From the NCBI GenBank assembly GCA_964252075.1, contig CAXULY010000001.1, forward strand, positions 119,549 to 183,548: a stretch of 64,000 nucleotides of DNA, in the 5' to 3' direction. Shown here piece by piece: positions 33,979-51,408 of this stretch. A model generated the notes under the pieces. It was not told where the DNA came from. It was given only the letters and a program-made list of their open reading frames with translations, and did no database searches. The number at the start of each line of letters is the position of its first letter. Positions within the stretch are counted from its first letter, which is position 1. The stretch is from an uncultured Deinococcaceae bacterium. Lineage in GTDB: Bacteria; Deinococcota; Deinococci; Deinococcales; Deinococcaceae. Made by a program: the position numbers and the translations under genes.

Positions 33979-34548
33979 ATGCCGCCCGCCCGTTCGACCC
34001 GCGCCGCCTTGCTTGGCTCAGCCCTGGGCGCGGCGTCCGTGCTGGGGGTATTCGTGGTGCTGTGGCTGATGGGCAACCTGCACCTACGCGCCGTGCAGAA
34101 TCTCCCGCCGGGCATCGTGCTCGCGCGCCGCGCTGTTCGTGCACCGGGCGGCCCGTCAGATGCTGCAGGCTGCCCTGGACGACGCGGTGTTCGGGGTGCT
34201 CTCGCTGGGATTGTTGCGCCGGGCGCTGCTCTTCGGTGCGACGCACCTCGCGCGCCCGCACGTCACGCCCCTCGCCCTGCTGTGCGTGGCGCTCTCGTTG
34301 ATGGCTCCCCATGCTCGCGCTGAAGGCCACGCTTGACACATGGGCGGCCTTCAGCTGGCACTTTACCTGGCACCTCCTGATTGGCCCGGTGCTGGGCGTG
34401 ACCATCGCGGGCGCGCTGCTACTCGGGTAGCTCAACACGGGCACGTCCGGCGCTCCGAGGTGGTCGGGCGGCCCCTACAGCCCGGAGGGCGCGCTGGTCG
34501 CTGCGGTTCTCGGCGCCCTCCTGGTGGCCCTGCTCGCGCGGCCCTGAC
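33979..34548 (+). pseudogene. Decayed CPBP/Abi-like intramembrane protease-like gene
   Basis: Hydrophobic fragments across frames: LLFGATHL.., ..WAAFSWHFTWHLLIGPVLG; internal stops and frameshifts. Confidence 0.45.
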
Positions 34549-34580
34549 GATTTTCAGGTGCCCTTGCTACAATGCCGGGC

Positions 34581-35003
34581 GTGTACACCAACCGCCGCGC
34601 CCACTTCGAGTACGAACTCCTCGACCGTTACGAGGCCGGCATCAGCCTGACCGGCAGTGAGGTCAAGAGCGTGCGTGCGGGCGGCGTGGATTTCCGGGAC
34701 GCCTTCGCGCGCGTGGAGCGCGGCAACGTGGAACTTGAGGGCCTGTACATCCCCGTGTACACGGAGGCGAGTTACAACAACCACACGCCGCGCCGCACGC
34801 GCCGCCTGCTACTGCACCGCCAGGAGATCGAGAAGATCCGCCGCGCGCTCACGCAGAAGGGCCTGACGCTGGTCCCCACGAAGATGTACCAGAAGGGCCG
34901 CACCTTCAAGGTGGAGCTCGCGGTGGCGCGCGGGAAGAAGCTGTACGACAAGCGGCAGTCCGAGCGGGACCGCGAGATGCGCCGGGAGATGCGCGAGGCA
35001 TGA
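34581..35003 (+). CDS. smpB: SsrA-binding protein
   Basis: NRRAHFEY, EAGISLTGSEVKSVR, RRLLLHR, GKKLYDKR; GTG 7 nt after TACAAT. Confidence 0.97.
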   Translation: MYTNRRAHFEYELLDRYEAGISLTGSEVKSVRAGGVDFRDAFARVERGNVELEGLYIPVYTEASYNNHTPRRTRRLLLHRQEIEKIRRALTQKGLTLVPTKMYQKGRTFKVELAVARGKKLYDKRQSERDREMRREMREA

Positions 35004-36337
35004 AGCTGCGCCCGTCGCTGCTCGGCGCGCTACTGCTCCTCGGGGTGGCGGGCGCGCAGCTGGATTTCACGCGCCTGAACCTCTTCGGGCGCGGCACGCA
35101 GAGCCTCACCCTGTACGGCAAGGAGTACGCGCGGGACGACGTGCTGAGCCGGTACTGGCGCATCAACCGCACGGGTGAGATCGTGAGCGTGGAGGGCTTC
35201 GGGCACCTGCTGCTGCTGCCGGTGGATCAGGACCAGCAGCGCGCCACGACGGCCTTCAACACCGTGCAGGTGGACGCGAGCCGCCGCAACGCCGCGACCG
35301 CCACCCTCGTGAACGGGCACCTGTACCTGCCGCTCACCACGCTGTCCGCCGCGATTGGCGCGCAGTACGCGCCGGGCAGCCTGACCCTGCCCGCGCCGCA
35401 GGTCACGGGCGTCGCGTCGCGCGCGGGGCAGCAGAGTGACCGCATCGTGCTGGACCTCAACCGGGATGTGCCCGTCACGTCGTCCCTCACCGCCGGGACC
35501 CTGAAGGTGGTGCTGGGCGGCGCGGCGGGCCGCTCGCAGACGTACGGCACGCGCGGCGTGTTCCTGCCGCAGGTGCGCCTCGCGCAGGCGGAGGGCGGCT
35601 TGACGCTGAGCGCGCCCCTGAAGGCGCCCTCCGGGTACCGGGTGTTCAAGGTGTACGGGCAGGGCACGGTGCGGGTGGTGCTGGACGCCGGGCCGGGTGT
35701 GGGCATGGACGTGCCGGAACTGCTGGCGCGGCAGCGCCGCCCGCGCATCGTGATTGACCCTCAGGCGGTGCCGAGCGTGAACGGCAACGACGCCCCGCTG
35801 GAACTCGCGCGCGCGACGGGGGAGATCCTGACGCGGGCGGGCTGGCAGGTGCAGCTCACGCGCACGTCCGCCGGCGACAGTTCCCTCGCGAGCCGCCTGG
35901 AGCTCGCGCGGCAGAGCGACCTGTTCCTGAGTGTGGGCCTGGAGCGCTTTCCGGGCGCGACGGGGGGCGGCGTGACGCTGAGCGGTCCGTCGGGCGCCGC
36001 GAGCGCGCAGATCGTGAACGACATCCGCGCGCTCGACAGGCCCAGCAACCTGCTGCGCGCCGCCGTGAGCGGCGACGGGGACAACCGCCGGCTGTCGGAC
36101 CTCATCACAGGGGAACTGAAGGCGCTGGACCTCACGCCGCGCGTCGCGAGCGGCCGGAACCTGCTGCTGCTGCGCGAGGCGCCGCGCGCCGCCCTGAACC
36201 TGGAGATCGGCTGGCCGCAGAATGAACGGGACCGCGCACGGCTCGCGGACAGCGCGCAGACGCAGGCGCTCGCGACGGCCCTGGCGCGCGGCGTCGCCAC
36301 GTACCTCGCCGCGCAGGCGAACAAGGCGGCGCTGTGA
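35000..36337 (+). CDS. Secreted N-acetylmuramoyl-L-alanine amidase-like protein, probably catalytically degenerate
   Basis: Signal peptide, AMIN-like RIVLDL, C-terminal Amidase_3-like (IVIDP, LTR, LASRLELA, DLFLSV, LEIG). Confidence 0.7.
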   Translation: MKLRPSLLGALLLLGVAGAQLDFTRLNLFGRGTQSLTLYGKEYARDDVLSRYWRINRTGEIVSVEGFGHLLLLPVDQDQQRATTAFNTVQVDASRRNAATATLVNGHLYLPLTTLSAAIGAQYAPGSLTLPAPQVTGVASRAGQQSDRIVLDLNRDVPVTSSLTAGTLKVVLGGAAGRSQTYGTRGVFLPQVRLAQAEGGLTLSAPLKAPSGYRVFKVYGQGTVRVVLDAGPGVGMDVPELLARQRRPRIVIDPQAVPSVNGNDAPLELARATGEILTRAGWQVQLTRTSAGDSSLASRLELARQSDLFLSVGLERFPGATGGGVTLSGPSGAASAQIVNDIRALDRPSNLLRAAVSGDGDNRRLSDLITGELKALDLTPRVASGRNLLLLREAPRAALNLEIGWPQNERDRARLADSAQTQALATALARGVATYLAAQANKAAL

Positions 36338-36887
36338 TCGCGGTGCTGCGGGCGCTGCTGTCGCCCTTCAACGTGATCGCGCTGATCGTGCTGGCCCTCG
36401 TGTACGGCGCGGACAAGGTCGTCAAGCGCCCACCGGTCGTCGCGGCGCCGCCGGAGGTGCGCCAGACCCTGAAGCAGGCGAAGGTGAGCGTGTACTACGT
36501 GACGCCCGACATGTCCGCGTACTTCACGCAGCCGCGCGAGGTGGACGTGCAGGACAACCTCCCGCAGGAGGTCGGTCAGGCGTCCGTGCGCGCGTGGGTG
36601 GCGGGCCCGCAGGGCGCGTCCGGCAAGGCCCTGGCGGTCGTCCCAGCGGACAGTGACGTGCCGCGCGTGTGGGCGCGCGGCGAGCATTACTACGTGGACC
36701 TCCCGCAGAGTTACACGAACCTGAATTACGGCGCGACGGGCGAACGCATGCTGCTGTGCTCCCTCACGCAGACGCTCCTCGCGGTGCGTGGGCAGGACGT
36801 GCGGTTCCTCGTGAACGGCCAGGACGCCACGACCCTGCTGGGGCACATGGACCTGCGCTCGCCGTACACCAAGGCCGACTGCGACCT

Positions 36888-36891
<4 letters not shown>
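36334..36891 (+). CDS. GerMN domain protein
   Basis: N-terminal anchor; YYVDL, SLTQTL, VRFLVNG, GHMDL..PY. Confidence 0.75.
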
Positions 36892-40178
<3,287 letters not shown>

Positions 40179-40187
40179 GCGGTCCGC

Positions 40188-41303
40188 CTACCGCTGGAGT
40201 TCCGACAGGGGGACCAGCGTGAGCCCGCGCGCCCGCGCTTCCCTTGCGAGCGGCCAAACCGCGCCGAGGGCGCCGCTGGCGTTGTCGTGCAGGAGCAGCA
40301 CCGCGCCGCGCGTGAGGTGCCTCGTGAGGCGCTTCATGAGCTGCGCGGCGCCGTGTGTCTGATAGTCCGCGGGGTCGTCGGACCACAGGGCGAGCGTCAC
40401 GCGCGCTGAGCGCGCCTGCGCCAGCAGCGTGGGCGTCACGCCGCCGCCCGGCGGGCGGAAGTACCGCGGTCGGCGCCCCGTCAGGCGGGTGAGCAGCGTC
40501 TGGCCGCGCATGAGGTCCGCCCACTGGTCCGGCGCGCTCAGGCCGCGCGGGCGGCGGTGCGCGTAGCTGTGGTTTTCGATCTCCACGCCCTGCGCGAGCG
40601 CGTCACGCACAAGGTACGGGTACGCGCGCGCGTTCCGGCCAATCACGAAGAAGGTCGCGCGCACACCCGCCCGGCGCAGCGCGGCGAGCAGCAGGGGCGT
40701 GAAGAGCGGATGCGGTCCGTCGTCGAAGGTGAGGGCCGCCCGGTTCGACCACGGCGCGCCGCGCACCAGCACCCCGGCGCGCGCGCCGCCCAACGTGATG
40801 GCCGCAAGTTCCGCGAGCGGCGGCCAATCGGCTCCCCGCGCGTTCGGCAGCGATGGTACCTCCGGGATGGGCACCGCCGTCCGCGCGTACCACACCCGGT
40901 CGTACCCCCCCCAGCCGCCCAGCGGGAGGGCCAGCCACGCCCGCAGGCGCGCGCGCGGCACGGACAGCGTCATGAGTGGGTCTGCCGCGAACAGCGTTTG
41001 CAGGTACTCCCGCGTGCCGGTCGGGTACACGCTGACCTGCACGTCCGTTAAGTCTGGCGCGCACACGTACGCCCTCAGGACCGCCGCACGCGCCACGCGG
41101 TCCAGCGCGGGAACGCCCGTCCTGGCCGGCGCGGCGAGCACCACCCATGCGAGGCGCTCGCCGCCACTCTCTCCAAGCCAGCTTCCGATCGCGCCGGGCA
41201 CGGCGCAGTCCCACCGGGCCACCTGCGCGCCCGCCACAGCGGTGAGGCCCAGCAGGAGCGCCAGCAAGGCCCTCAGCGCCGCCGGAAGCGCCGCACCAGC
41301 CAC
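40188..41303 (-). CDS. Polysaccharide deacetylase (NodB domain) with N-terminal extension
   Basis: ALTFDDGP, ATFFVIG, ENHSYAH, FRPPGG, VLLLHD; start uncertain. Confidence 0.85.
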   Translation of the reverse strand: MAGAALPAALRALLALLLGLTAVAGAQVARWDCAVPGAIGSWLGESGGERLAWVVLAAPARTGVPALDRVARAAVLRAYVCAPDLTDVQVSVYPTGTREYLQTLFAADPLMTLSVPRARLRAWLALPLGGWGGYDRVWYARTAVPIPEVPSLPNARGADWPPLAELAAITLGGARAGVLVRGAPWSNRAALTFDDGPHPLFTPLLLAALRRAGVRATFFVIGRNARAYPYLVRDALAQGVEIENHSYAHRRPRGLSAPDQWADLMRGQTLLTRLTGRRPRYFRPPGGGVTPTLLAQARSARVTLALWSDDPADYQTHGAAQLMKRLTRHLTRGAVLLLHDNASGALGAVWPLAREARARGLTLVPLSELQR

Positions 41304-41662
41304 ACGACGAGCGCGATCAGCGCGATCACGACCACCAGGTTGAGCAGGAACCCCAGCACGCCCAGCCCGAACCCCCCGCCGTACCCATACCCGTACCCGA
41401 AGGGGTGAAAGCCGAAGAACGGCAGGAACACAAACGTCGGGAAGCCGAACCCGCGGCGGGTGTAGGTGGTGCTGCGCGGCGTGGTGTACGACGGTGCGCG
41501 GTTCACTCGGGGCCGCGTGAAGCCCGGCGCGCGCGTGGTGGGGCGGCTGAAGGACGGTGAGCGGGAGCGCGAGCCGCCGAACCCGCCGCCGGAACGCCCG
41601 CGCGCGTCCGCGACGCTGCCCGCGAGCAACAGGACCACCAGGAGGAAACGCCACCACTTCAT
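41273..41662 (-). CDS. Hypothetical exported/membrane protein with Gly/Ser/Arg-rich segment
   Basis: Signal peptide MKWWRFLLVVLLLAG, RGRSGGGFGGS.., C-terminal TM. Confidence 0.65.
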   Translation of the reverse strand: MKWWRFLLVVLLLAGSVADARGRSGGGFGGSRSRSPSFSRPTTRAPGFTRPRVNRAPSYTTPRSTTYTRRGFGFPTFVFLPFFGFHPFGYGYGYGGGFGLGVLGFLLNLVVVIALIALVVWLVRRFRRR

Positions 41663-41712
41663 GACCCACTGTACGCGGGGGCGGGCGCGCGGGTTGCGCC
41701 GCGCGAAGTGAA

Positions 41713-41771
41713 CGTGAACAGCGCGTGACCACGGGTGAATGGCGGGCGCCGCCTGACACGCGCTGTTCACG
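41713..41771. repeat. 15-bp perfect inverted repeat, 29-bp spacer
   Basis: CGTGAACAGCGCGTG (41713-41727) / CACGCGCTGTTCACG (41757-41771). Confidence 0.85.
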
Positions 41772-41828
41772 CCCGCGCGCCTACCATGCATGCGCCTAGG
41801 CACACCGCTTCACCCCCAGGAGGTCTGT

Positions 41829-42083
41829 ATGTTGCAGGACGCCATGCGCGCTGCCGCCACCGACGACACCGAACTCTGCCCGCCGTACTGGCCCAGCCTG
41901 ATCTGGTGGCTCATTCACCACAAGGGCCCGCGCCCGCCGCGCGACGACGACCGCTTCGAGCGCTACGACGACCTCTTCCAGACGGTCGCGCTGCTGACCT
42001 TCGCGGACCAGCTGGGTCAGGCGGACCTGCGCGATCAGGCCGCGAAGCGCCTCCAGCAGACGGCCCAGGCCATCGCCCGCTAA
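41829..42083 (+). CDS. Hypothetical protein (84 aa)
   Basis: AGGAGG RBS, host-like codon usage, followed by terminator hairpin. Confidence 0.7.
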   Translation: MLQDAMRAAATDDTELCPPYWPSLIWWLIHHKGPRPPRDDDRFERYDDLFQTVALLTFADQLGQADLRDQAAKRLQQTAQAIAR

Positions 42084-42086
42084 ACC

Positions 42087-42122
42087 GCGTGGGCGGGAGG
42101 ACCACCGTCCTCCCGCCCACGC
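42087..42122. terminator. Hairpin between convergent genes
   Basis: GCGTGGGCGGGAGGAC-CACC-GTCCTCCCGCCCACGC. Confidence 0.7.
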
Positions 42123-42131
42123 CCGGTTCGC

Positions 42132-42881
42132 TCACGCCAGCGCTTCGATCATCCCGATGACGCTCTCCAGCTCCAGGCTCGCGCCGCCCACGAGGCAGCC
42201 GTGCACGTCCGGCTGGTCCACGATCTCGCGGATGTTGCCGGGCTTCACGCTCCCGCCGTATAGGATGCGCACGCCGTCCGCGTACTGCTGGAAGAGCCCC
42301 GAGAGCGCCTCGCGGATCGCGGCGCCCAATTCCTGCGCGTCCTGTGCCGTCGCGGTGCGGCCCGTCCCGATGGCCCACACGGGCTCGTACGCGATCACGA
42401 GCTGATCGCCGGACTCGATCATGAGGCCGTCCAGGCTCGCGCGCAGCTGGTTGAGGGTGTACGGCACCTGCTCGCCGCGCTCGCGCACGTCGAGGCCCTC
42501 CCCGACGCACACGATGGGGATGAGCCCACCTGCGACCGCCGCGCGCGCCTTCGCGGCGACCACCTGGTCCGTCTCGGAGTGGTAGCTGCGGCGCTCGCTG
42601 TGCCCCACGATCACGTACGTGGCGCCCACGTCGCGCAGCATCTCGGCGCTCGTCTCGCCCGTGTACGCGCCGGACGCAAACGCACTCACGTCCTGCCCAC
42701 CGAGGGCCGCGCCGGAACCGTACAGGTTCGCGGCGACCTGGCTGAGGTCAATGGCGGGCGCGAGGACCACGACCTCCACCTCGGTCTGCGGGAGTTCCTC
42801 CTGCAGGGCCTTGGCCCACAGGCCCGCCTCGGTGGGCGTCTTGTTCATCTTCCAGTTCAGGGCGAGCAGGGTGCGCGTCAT
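42132..42881 (-). CDS. tpiA: Triose-phosphate isomerase
   Basis: [40 protein letters not shown]. Confidence 0.98.
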   Translation of the reverse strand: MTRTLLALNWKMNKTPTEAGLWAKALQEELPQTEVEVVVLAPAIDLSQVAANLYGSGAALGGQDVSAFASGAYTGETSAEMLRDVGATYVIVGHSERRSYHSETDQVVAAKARAAVAGGLIPIVCVGEGLDVRERGEQVPYTLNQLRASLDGLMIESGDQLVIAYEPVWAIGTGRTATAQDAQELGAAIREALSGLFQQYADGVRILYGGSVKPGNIREIVDQPDVHGCLVGGASLELESVIGMIEALA

Positions 42882-43192
42882 TCAACCTCCAGCCCGTCCG
42901 TGACGGGGCGCAGAAAGGTGCGGTCGTAGCGGTGAACCAGGGCGGGCAACTCGCGGAACAGCGCCTGGCAGGTGGGGTCGGCGGCGGACGCCAGCCGGTA
43001 CGCCTCGTACGCCGCGAGGCTCGGGAAGTCGAAGAGGGCGTAGGCTTCGTCGCTCGCGCCTTCCGACGGCATGAAGTACCCGCGGTGCGCGCCGCCGAAG
43101 CGGTTCACGAGCGTGATCCACTTGCGGGCGTAGGTCTCGAAGGCCGCCACCTGGTCGGCCTTCACCTCGTAGCGCAGCAGGCAGGTGACCAC
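42878..43192 (-). CDS. NIPSNAP family protein
   Basis: [49 protein letters not shown]. Confidence 0.8.
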   Translation of the reverse strand: MVTCLLRYEVKADQVAAFETYARKWITLVNRFGGAHRGYFMPSEGASDEAYALFDFPSLAAYEAYRLASAADPTCQALFRELPALVHRYDRTFLRPVTDGLEVE

Positions 43193-43196
43193 GACT

Positions 43197-44363
<1,167 letters not shown>

Positions 44364-44467
44364 GTGGTCCTCCAGCGGTGTGCGGTGTGGGTGCTTCAGC
44401 AAAAGCCGTCAGCTGCTGGCCCTCGGCGCTGCGCCAGGAGCCAAGAGCCGACGGCCGGGGGAGAGGA

Positions 44468-45538
<1,071 letters not shown>

Positions 45539-45654
45539 TCATCGTGCAGACGAATAGTGTTGCGAAGACGTAAATGGATGCTGGAAACCCGCTGGGTATG
45601 GTCTTACGACATGTGTTTAGAGCCGTTGACACAGTTTCTGTGCTCACAAAAGGG

Positions 45655-45695
45655 CAAAAACTTCACGAGCCCGCGTTATCGTGAATAATTTCACT
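45655..45695 (+). repeat. Dispersed 41-bp asymmetric element, copy 3
   Basis: CAAAAAC-TTCACGA-GCCCGCGTTA-TCGTGAA-TAAT-TTCACT. Confidence 0.9.
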
Positions 45696-45777
45696 TAAGT
45701 GCTCGGTCACCTGTCATGACTTTCGCCCATTTCCAGCAGAAGGGGAGGGCGATTCACCCTCCCCACACCGGGCACCA

Positions 45778-47513
45778 TTACTCCGCAGGTTGCGTCTTCA
45801 GCTGCACGCCCACCTCATCCAGCTGGCGCGCGTCGACGGGGGAGGGCGCCTCCGCCATGAGGTCCGCGCCGCGGTTGTTCTTCGGGAAAGCGATCACCTC
45901 GCGGATGCTGCTCGCGCCGGACATCACCATCGCGAGGCGGTCGAAGCCCCACGCGATGCCGCCGTGCGGCGGCGTGCCGAAGGTGAGGGCGTCCATGAAG
46001 AACCCGAACTTCTCCTGCGCCTGCTGCAGGTCGAAGCCGATCGCCTGGAACATCTGCGCCTGCACGTCCGGGCGGTGAATGCGGATGCTGCCGCCGCCCA
46101 CCTCGAAGCCGTTCAGCACGAGGTCGTACGCCTGCGCGCGGATCTCGCCCTGCTGCGGCGTGCCAAACAGCCCGACGTCCTCGGGGTTCGGGGCGGTGAA
46201 GGGGTGGTGCATGTACGTCCACGTGCCGGAGTTCTCGTCGAACTCCAGCTGCGGGAAGTCCGTCACCCAGGAGATGTGGAAGCGCGGCCCGGCGGCGGCG
46301 AGGTCGAAGGTGTCGCGCAGGGCGTTGCGGACGGCGCCGAGGGCTGTGACGGCCTTCTTCCAGTCGCCCGCCGCGAAGAGCAGCGTCTCGCCCTGACCGA
46401 TGCCGGTGCGCGAGAGGAGTTCCGCGGCCTGGCCCGCCACGAACTTGCTGATGCCGCCCGTGAAGGCCTCGCCGTCGCGCTTGAGCCACGCGAGGCCGCG
46501 CGCGCCGTTCTGCTTCGCGACGCGCTCCAGCTCATCAATCTGCTTGCGCGTGAGCTCGGGCGCGCGCAGGACCTTCACGGTCTGTGCCGCCGCGAAGGCC
46601 TGGAACTCGCCGCCCTGGAAGAGGTCCGTGACGTCCGTGAACGCGAAGTCGAAGCGCAGGTCCGGCTTGTCGGAGCCGTAGCGGTCCATCGCCTCGTAGT
46701 ACGTGAGGCGCGGGAAGGGCTCGGGCAGGTCGTACGCCAGCACTTCCTTGAAGACCGCGCGCAGCAGGCGCTCGTTCAGATCCAGCACGTCCTCCTGCTC
46801 CACAAAGCTCATCTCGAGGTCCAGCTGCGTGAAGTCAGGCTGGCGGTCCGCGCGGAGGTCCTCGTCGCGGAAGCAGCGCGCGATCTGGTAGTACCGGTCG
46901 AAGCCCGCAATCATGAGGAGCTGCTTGAACAGCTGCGGGCTCTGCGGCAGCGCGTAGAACTCGCCGGGCGTGAGTCGGCTCGGCACGAGGAAGTCCCGCG
47001 CGCCCTCCGGCGTGCTGCGCGTCAGCATGGGCGTCTCAACGTTCACGAAGCCCTCCGCGTCGAGGAAGCGCGTGACGGCCGCCACGAGCTTCCCGCGCAG
47101 GCGCAGGCGGTCGAACATCTCCGGGCGGCGCAGGTCCAGGTAGCGGTACTTCAGGCGCAGCTCCTCGTTCACACGCTCGCCCTCGGACAGCTCGAAGGGC
47201 AGGGTGCGCGCCTCGTTCAGCACCGTGACGTCCTGCGCGAGCACCTCGAAGGCCCCCAGGCCCGCCTTGCGCTGGTCCTCGGGCCGCAGGCGGAACTCGC
47301 CCGTGACCTGCAGCACGTACTCGCCGCGCACGCCCTCCGCGGCGGCGAAGGCGGGGGAGTCCGGCTCGACCTGCACCTGCACGATGCCGGAGCGGTCCCG
47401 GAGTTCCAGGAAGATCAGGCGCCCGAGGTCGCGGCGGCGGTTCACCCAGCCCTGCAGGGTGACGGTCTGGCCCACCTGGGCCTCACTCAGCTGTCCGATG
47501 TACGAGGTGCGTT

Positions 47514-47517
<4 letters not shown>
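45778..47517 (-). CDS. aspS: Aspartate--tRNA ligase
   Basis: [51 protein letters not shown]. Confidence 0.98.
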
Positions 47518-48806
<1,289 letters not shown>

Positions 48807-48882
48807 AACCGCAAGTGTAGCAGGGGAGGGCGCGCCACCAAAAAAGCGGGCGGGCACGCGCCCGCCCGCCGCTGCCGAGCGC

Positions 48883-49251
48883 TTACTCGCTGACGCTGAA
48901 GGGCAGCCCGGTGGAGCGCATGTCGCCCACCTCGATGAACAGCCACGACGCCCCGACAGGCGCGTTCGCCGGGATGGTGAACACGATCTGGTTGTCCGTC
49001 CAGCTGTTCACGGCCGCGCCCGGAATGAGGTAGCCGCCCTTGCCCTGCTCGTCCGCGCCGAGGCGCACGCGGCCCGTGGACGGCCCACCCAGGTAGCGGC
49101 CCTGCACCGTGACGCTGCCGCCGTGCTTGGCCCCTTCAGACACCTTGATCAGCACGGGCGTGACGGTCACGCCCGCCACCGCAGCTTGACGCGGCATGCA
49201 GGCCGAAAGCCCGCCGGTCAAGAGTAAAGCACTCACCAAGATTCGCTTCAT
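48883..49251 (-). CDS. Lipoprotein with IPT/TIG-like domain
   Basis: Lipobox [24 protein letters not shown]. Confidence 0.75.
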   Translation of the reverse strand: MKRILVSALLLTGGLSACMPRQAAVAGVTVTPVLIKVSEGAKHGGSVTVQGRYLGGPSTGRVRLGADEQGKGGYLIPGAAVNSWTDNQIVFTIPANAPVGASWLFIEVGDMRSTGLPFSVSE

Positions 49252-49286
49252 GCCAGCCTCCATGAGGGTAGTCTAATAGGCAGAAA

Positions 49287-50213
49287 ATGTCCGGTCAAAC
49301 ACATTTTTCACACGTCCTGGTGATCGAGAACCCGAAGTCGGGGCAGACAGAGAGCCGCACCAGCGCCTTCATTGAGGCGCTCGGGCGTGAAGGTGTGTAT
49401 GTGGAGGTCCGGGAACTCGGGTCGGGGCCCATCGAGGCGCTGCTGCACGACGTGGAGGACTTCGGGGCGGTCGTCGCGGCGGGCGGGGACGGCACCGTGA
49501 GTGCCGTCGCGCACGCCCTGAATGGGCGACTGGTGCCGCTGCTGGCGTACCCGGCGGGCACCGCGAACCTCATCGCGCAGAACTTGCACCTGCCGGGCGA
49601 CCCGCGGGAACTTGCGCGCATCCTGCTGGCCGGGCACACCCTCACCATCGACCTCGCGGAAATGGAAGTAGATGGCCGCACGGTGGGCTTCACCATGCTG
49701 GCCGGAGCGGGCGCGGACGCCGCCATGATCCGCGACAGCGAGGCCCTCAAAAGCCAGTTCGGGGTGAGCGCGTACGTGGTGGCGGCCCTGCGGCAGGTGA
49801 ACCACCCGCGCGTGCCGTTCCGCATCACAGTGGATGACGCGCTCGTGGAGGTGGAGGCGGTCGCCGTGATGGTCGCGAACTTCGGCATGGCGAACTTCCG
49901 CCTGCCCATCGCGAACGGCATCAGCCCCACAGACGGCCTCCTCACTGTGGTGGTTGTGACGAACAGCAACCGCCTGGGCCTGCTGCCGGACTTCATCAAC
50001 AGCCTGCGCTCGCGCCTGAACCTCGGGGACCCGGTCTTCACGGGGAACATTGAGGTGTTCCAGGCGCGCTCCGTGACGGTGGAGGCCGACCAGCCGCTGC
50101 CGGTGCAGTACGACGGCGAGGCGTGCGGGGACAGCACGCCCTTCACGGCGCGGGTGCTGCCGGGCGCGGTGCGGTTCCTCACGGAGGTCAGTGAGGACGA
50201 TCTGCTGACCTGA
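49287..50213 (+). CDS. Diacylglycerol/lipid kinase family protein
   Basis: NPKSG, AGGDGT, PAGTANL, QYDGE. Confidence 0.9.
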   Translation: MSGQTHFSHVLVIENPKSGQTESRTSAFIEALGREGVYVEVRELGSGPIEALLHDVEDFGAVVAAGGDGTVSAVAHALNGRLVPLLAYPAGTANLIAQNLHLPGDPRELARILLAGHTLTIDLAEMEVDGRTVGFTMLAGAGADAAMIRDSEALKSQFGVSAYVVAALRQVNHPRVPFRITVDDALVEVEAVAVMVANFGMANFRLPIANGISPTDGLLTVVVVTNSNRLGLLPDFINSLRSRLNLGDPVFTGNIEVFQARSVTVEADQPLPVQYDGEACGDSTPFTARVLPGAVRFLTEVSEDDLLT

Positions 50214-50226
50214 GCCGGTCATGGCA

Positions 50227-50258
50227 ATACTGCCGCTTAGTAATGTTAGCGGCAGTAT
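50227..50258. other. 13-6-13 palindrome, candidate tyrosine-recombinase site
   Basis: ATACTGCCGCTTA-GTAATG-TTAGCGGCAGTAT (12/13 arm match), ending 14 nt before the recombinase 1 start. Confidence 0.55.
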
Positions 50259-50272
50259 GGCAGAATGAGGCC

Positions 50273-51319
50273 GTGACGACCGACCTCGTGCTGAGCTCCC
50301 GCTGGAGCGCCCCCGAAAACCGGCGCAGGGAAGCCCTCCGAGCCCTGCACGAACAGGACGCCGAGCGGCTGTGCGAACTGCTGGAACACCACCTGCGCCT
50401 CAAGAGCCGCCGGGCGGGCGTCGTGAGTCCCGCGACGCTCCGCAGTTACCGCCTGGCCGTGCGGGACTTCCTGACCTTCACGGGTCCACCCGAAGCGCCC
50501 CAGCACGCGCCGCAGAAGCTGGAGGGCGAGGTGATCGAAACGTACCTGGTGGCGCTCCACGCGCGGGGCCTCGCGTTGACGAGCGTGCGCACCTACCTGT
50601 ACGGGGTGCGGGCGCTGTACCGCGCGCTGCTCTGGACGGGCGTCCTGCAGGCGGACCCCACGCGGGACGTGCGGGCGCCGCTGGACCCCACGCCCGCGCA
50701 CACGCGCAAGCGCGCCATCCCTACAGAACCGCTGCAGCGGCTGTTCAGACTTCCACAGGAGCGGCACGGTGAGTCAGAGGTCGCGCGGCGGGACGCGGCG
50801 CTCCTGACGCTCGGCGCGACCCTGGGTTTGCGCGCGTCGGAGATCGTGGCGCTGGACGTGGAGGACGTGCACCTGCGATTGGGTGAGTTGCTGGTGCGCA
50901 GCGGCAAGGGCGGCAAGGCCCGCCGCGTCCCGCTCACGCGCGGCAGCGTGGAGGTGCTGGAGCGCTGGCTGCGCGCGCGCGAGGCGCTGCGGCTCAGCGG
51001 CGTGGTGGCGGAGGCCGAACGCGCACTGCTGGTGTCGTTCCGCCGCGCGCGGCCCGGCGTGCGCCTCAGCACGCGCGGGCTGCGGGAGGTCGTGAACACG
51101 TACCTGGCGCTCGCGGGCCTGCCCGCCGATATGTTTGGCGTGCACACCTTGCGGCGCACGGCGGGTACGCGGCTGTACCGCGCCACGCGTGACCTGCATG
51201 TGGTGTCGGACCTGCTGGGACACGCGAACGTCACGACGAGCGCGATTTATGCGAAGCTCGACGCGGACATCCGGCGCGAGGCCCTGCAGAAAGTCGAGGA
51301 TGCACAGGACGGGTGGTAG
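50273..51319 (+). CDS. Tyrosine recombinase (XerC/XerD-like) 1
   Basis: SAM-like N-domain (SPATLRSY); catalytic R (GLRASE), K (GKGGK), HxxR (HTLRR), H (LGHA), Y (SAIY). Confidence 0.92.
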   Translation: MTTDLVLSSRWSAPENRRREALRALHEQDAERLCELLEHHLRLKSRRAGVVSPATLRSYRLAVRDFLTFTGPPEAPQHAPQKLEGEVIETYLVALHARGLALTSVRTYLYGVRALYRALLWTGVLQADPTRDVRAPLDPTPAHTRKRAIPTEPLQRLFRLPQERHGESEVARRDAALLTLGATLGLRASEIVALDVEDVHLRLGELLVRSGKGGKARRVPLTRGSVEVLERWLRAREALRLSGVVAEAERALLVSFRRARPGVRLSTRGLREVVNTYLALAGLPADMFGVHTLRRTAGTRLYRATRDLHVVSDLLGHANVTTSAIYAKLDADIRREALQKVEDAQDGW

Positions 51320-51408
51320 GTTTTTGGGTGTCGTACCCCTTGGAGCGCATTGGAAGGGCCTTCAAGGCCTTCCTGTGAGGCCACTTACTTCAGGCCGATT
51401 CACCTCTT

